Origin: Euprymna scolopes
Lineage: Eukaryota
Length of the DNA stretch: 64,000 nt
Assembly (NCBI GenBank): GCA_053919585.1
Contig: CM132798.1
Strand: one strand, 5' to 3'
The position numbers were made by a program, and so were the translations under genes. The notes beneath the pieces were generated by a model that made no database searches, had not been told where the DNA came from, and saw only the letters and a list, made by a program, of their open reading frames with translations. Positions 62,437-64,000 of this stretch are shown one piece after another. Position 1 is the stretch's first letter. The number at the start of each line of letters is the position of its first letter.

Positions 62437-63178
62437 CACAAAAGTGTTACTGACCGACCAACAGACGACCAACTGACGGACCCATAGAGTGACTTATAGA
62501 GTCGCTTGCACGCAACTAAAAAGAAATCAGAAAAATAAGGGGAGAAAATGATGAACTTGTTCGGAAAAACAAAAACAAAAAACAGCGAAAAGCAAAAAGG
62601 AAAAAAAATGGCATAAATAACCCTTCGATTCCATTAAATCCATGGTGTGTTTCATCAAGTAGAAAGCATAGAAGGAAAAGGAACGTTAAAATTCCATTCC
62701 AGTTTTTTTTAAGCAGCTACAAAACGAAATAAAGTGAAAGAAAAAAAATGGCATAAATAACCCTTCGATTTGGTTAAGTCCACGGTGTGTTTCACCCAGT
62801 AGAAAGCATAGAACGGAAAGGCACGGTAAAATTCAATTCCAGTGTTTTTAAGCAACTACGAAGTAAAGAAAACTAAAACCGACATTCCTTTGTAACTGTT
62901 CCTTGTGAACGATCCCAGAAATGGTGTAAATGGTGGCAGGGGAAGGAGGAATTTATTAGAGAGAAAAGATTTTACTACTTCCATTGATTTTAACCGATTG
63001 TTGCAGTAAACTCTCAACAGAAAAAATATAGGAATCTATGATTATTGAGTAAGTGGAGAGGTAATATGCCTATAACACACCTCAGATACTGTGCTGCAGT
63101 TTGTGCATATTACACTTGCCTGAAATGTCCTGATTTTTAATCTTATTAAGGTCAAAATCATAGGGGGAAAAATGAGTT

Positions 63179-63246
<68 letters not shown>

Positions 63247-63507
63247 TAATCATGTTGACACACAGATTCCTGTCAGATCACCGGAGGTAAGCAATGTTGA
63301 GTCTGGTCAAGTGACCAATTTGGTAATTCCAGGCGCTATGTAGGAGGACGTTGACACCTTTCTGCAAGAGCTGCAAAAACCTAATGTCGTCATCTCCCCT
63401 AACGGGGATATACATGCGACCGAGGACCGCTTGTGAATTTCTAACTCCCATAGAACTTCCTCCTTTGGAGGAGGCAGGTTAAACTTGAATAGGGTTTGTG
63501 CCATTTC
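63247..63507 (+). mobile_element. Degenerate 5S rRNA-derived SINE with a different body (family 2)
   Basis: ATCATGTTGACACACAGATTCCTGTCAGATCACCGGAGGTAAGCAATGTTGAGTCTGG..GTGACC..AATTCCAGGCGCT aligns to the 5S head. Lies between (TA)n(TG)n and (CA)n. Confidence 0.65.
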
Positions 63508-64000
63508 ACACACACACATGTCAGTTTTATACAATCAAACATGTTTAAAGGAAGTCTGCAACTCTGATAAATACATATAGTGACGGAATAAAACTTGTGG
63601 ATATAGAATAGGATTTTCTCTAAGTGTAAAATGAAATCTATCAAATTGCGTTATGTATGTATGTATGTATGTATGTCATGCTACAATGCAATGGTTTATC
63701 TGTATGTATATAAACACATTGAATAGATGCATACGTGTACTTGGAGATGAAGGTCTTAGCTGGTCAAGTTTTGCCAACAGCAAATACACGGCATCATCCT
63801 CTCATTATATTCACATCCATCTTTTGCAATTGATATGAATAAAATTCATACCAATTCCAAATTTGATTTCTGAACCAACATTAATAATACTCTCATATGG
63901 TCATTTCATACGACCTTGCTCAGCATCACCATGGGGTAGGTTTGGAAAGAAGCCAACTCAAATTGATCAGGGTGGATGCCATTGCAATTTGATACTAATG

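Larger units (their letters stand above)
59860..62522. mobile_element. Helentron/HINE (DINE-1-like) non-autonomous element hosting the U2/Tx1 nest
   Basis: Subterminal inverted repeats TTAGTTGCGTGC (~59878) and GCACGCAACTAA (~62508). Terminal hairpin AGTCGCTTGCACGCAACT. Inserted in an A-run of the surrounding Helitron. Confidence 0.5.
59683..62860 (-). mobile_element. Helitron hosting the nested HINE-like and U2/Tx1 insertions
   Basis: CTAGCGGGGCACCCGGCGTTGCC end; sequence resumes after 62522 collinear with the 21134 copy. Confidence 0.6.

Noticed and set aside
63690-64000. Possible RT remnant (EDDAVYLLLAKLD) on the minus strand
   Set aside because: Too degenerate, and cut by the window edge.

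Overview
AT-rich, repeat-dense animal genomic DNA with a 135-N gap at 57818-57952. It is probably mollusc, likely an octopod cephalopod, inferred from the mollusc-type 5S rRNA-derived sequence and the repeat families. No intact protein-coding ORF is present. The window looks like large introns or intergenic DNA with at most a few small + strand exons. It holds decayed CR1/L2-group, RTE and Tx1 LINEs, two Penelope-like (GIY-YIG) elements, Tc1/mariner relics, hAT and piggyBac MITEs, many non-autonomous Helitrons, satellites and (TA)n microsatellites. The main unannotated signals are RNA-level. (1) A retrozyme-like element at 7487-7978 (- strand) has two identical, core-intact type I hammerhead ribozymes 355 nt apart. 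Its monomer carries a tRNA-type Pol III promoter and has no T4 terminator. An unrelated element with the same tRNA-plus-hammerhead layout lies at 58.8 kb, and several decayed Penelope-type hammerheads are scattered through the window. (2) Three 5S rRNA-headed SINEs sit in or beside (TA)n. (3) Four U2 snRNA 5' fragments are interleaved with a truncated Tx1-clade (Keno-like) retrotransposon. All calls were read by eye, without database searches.
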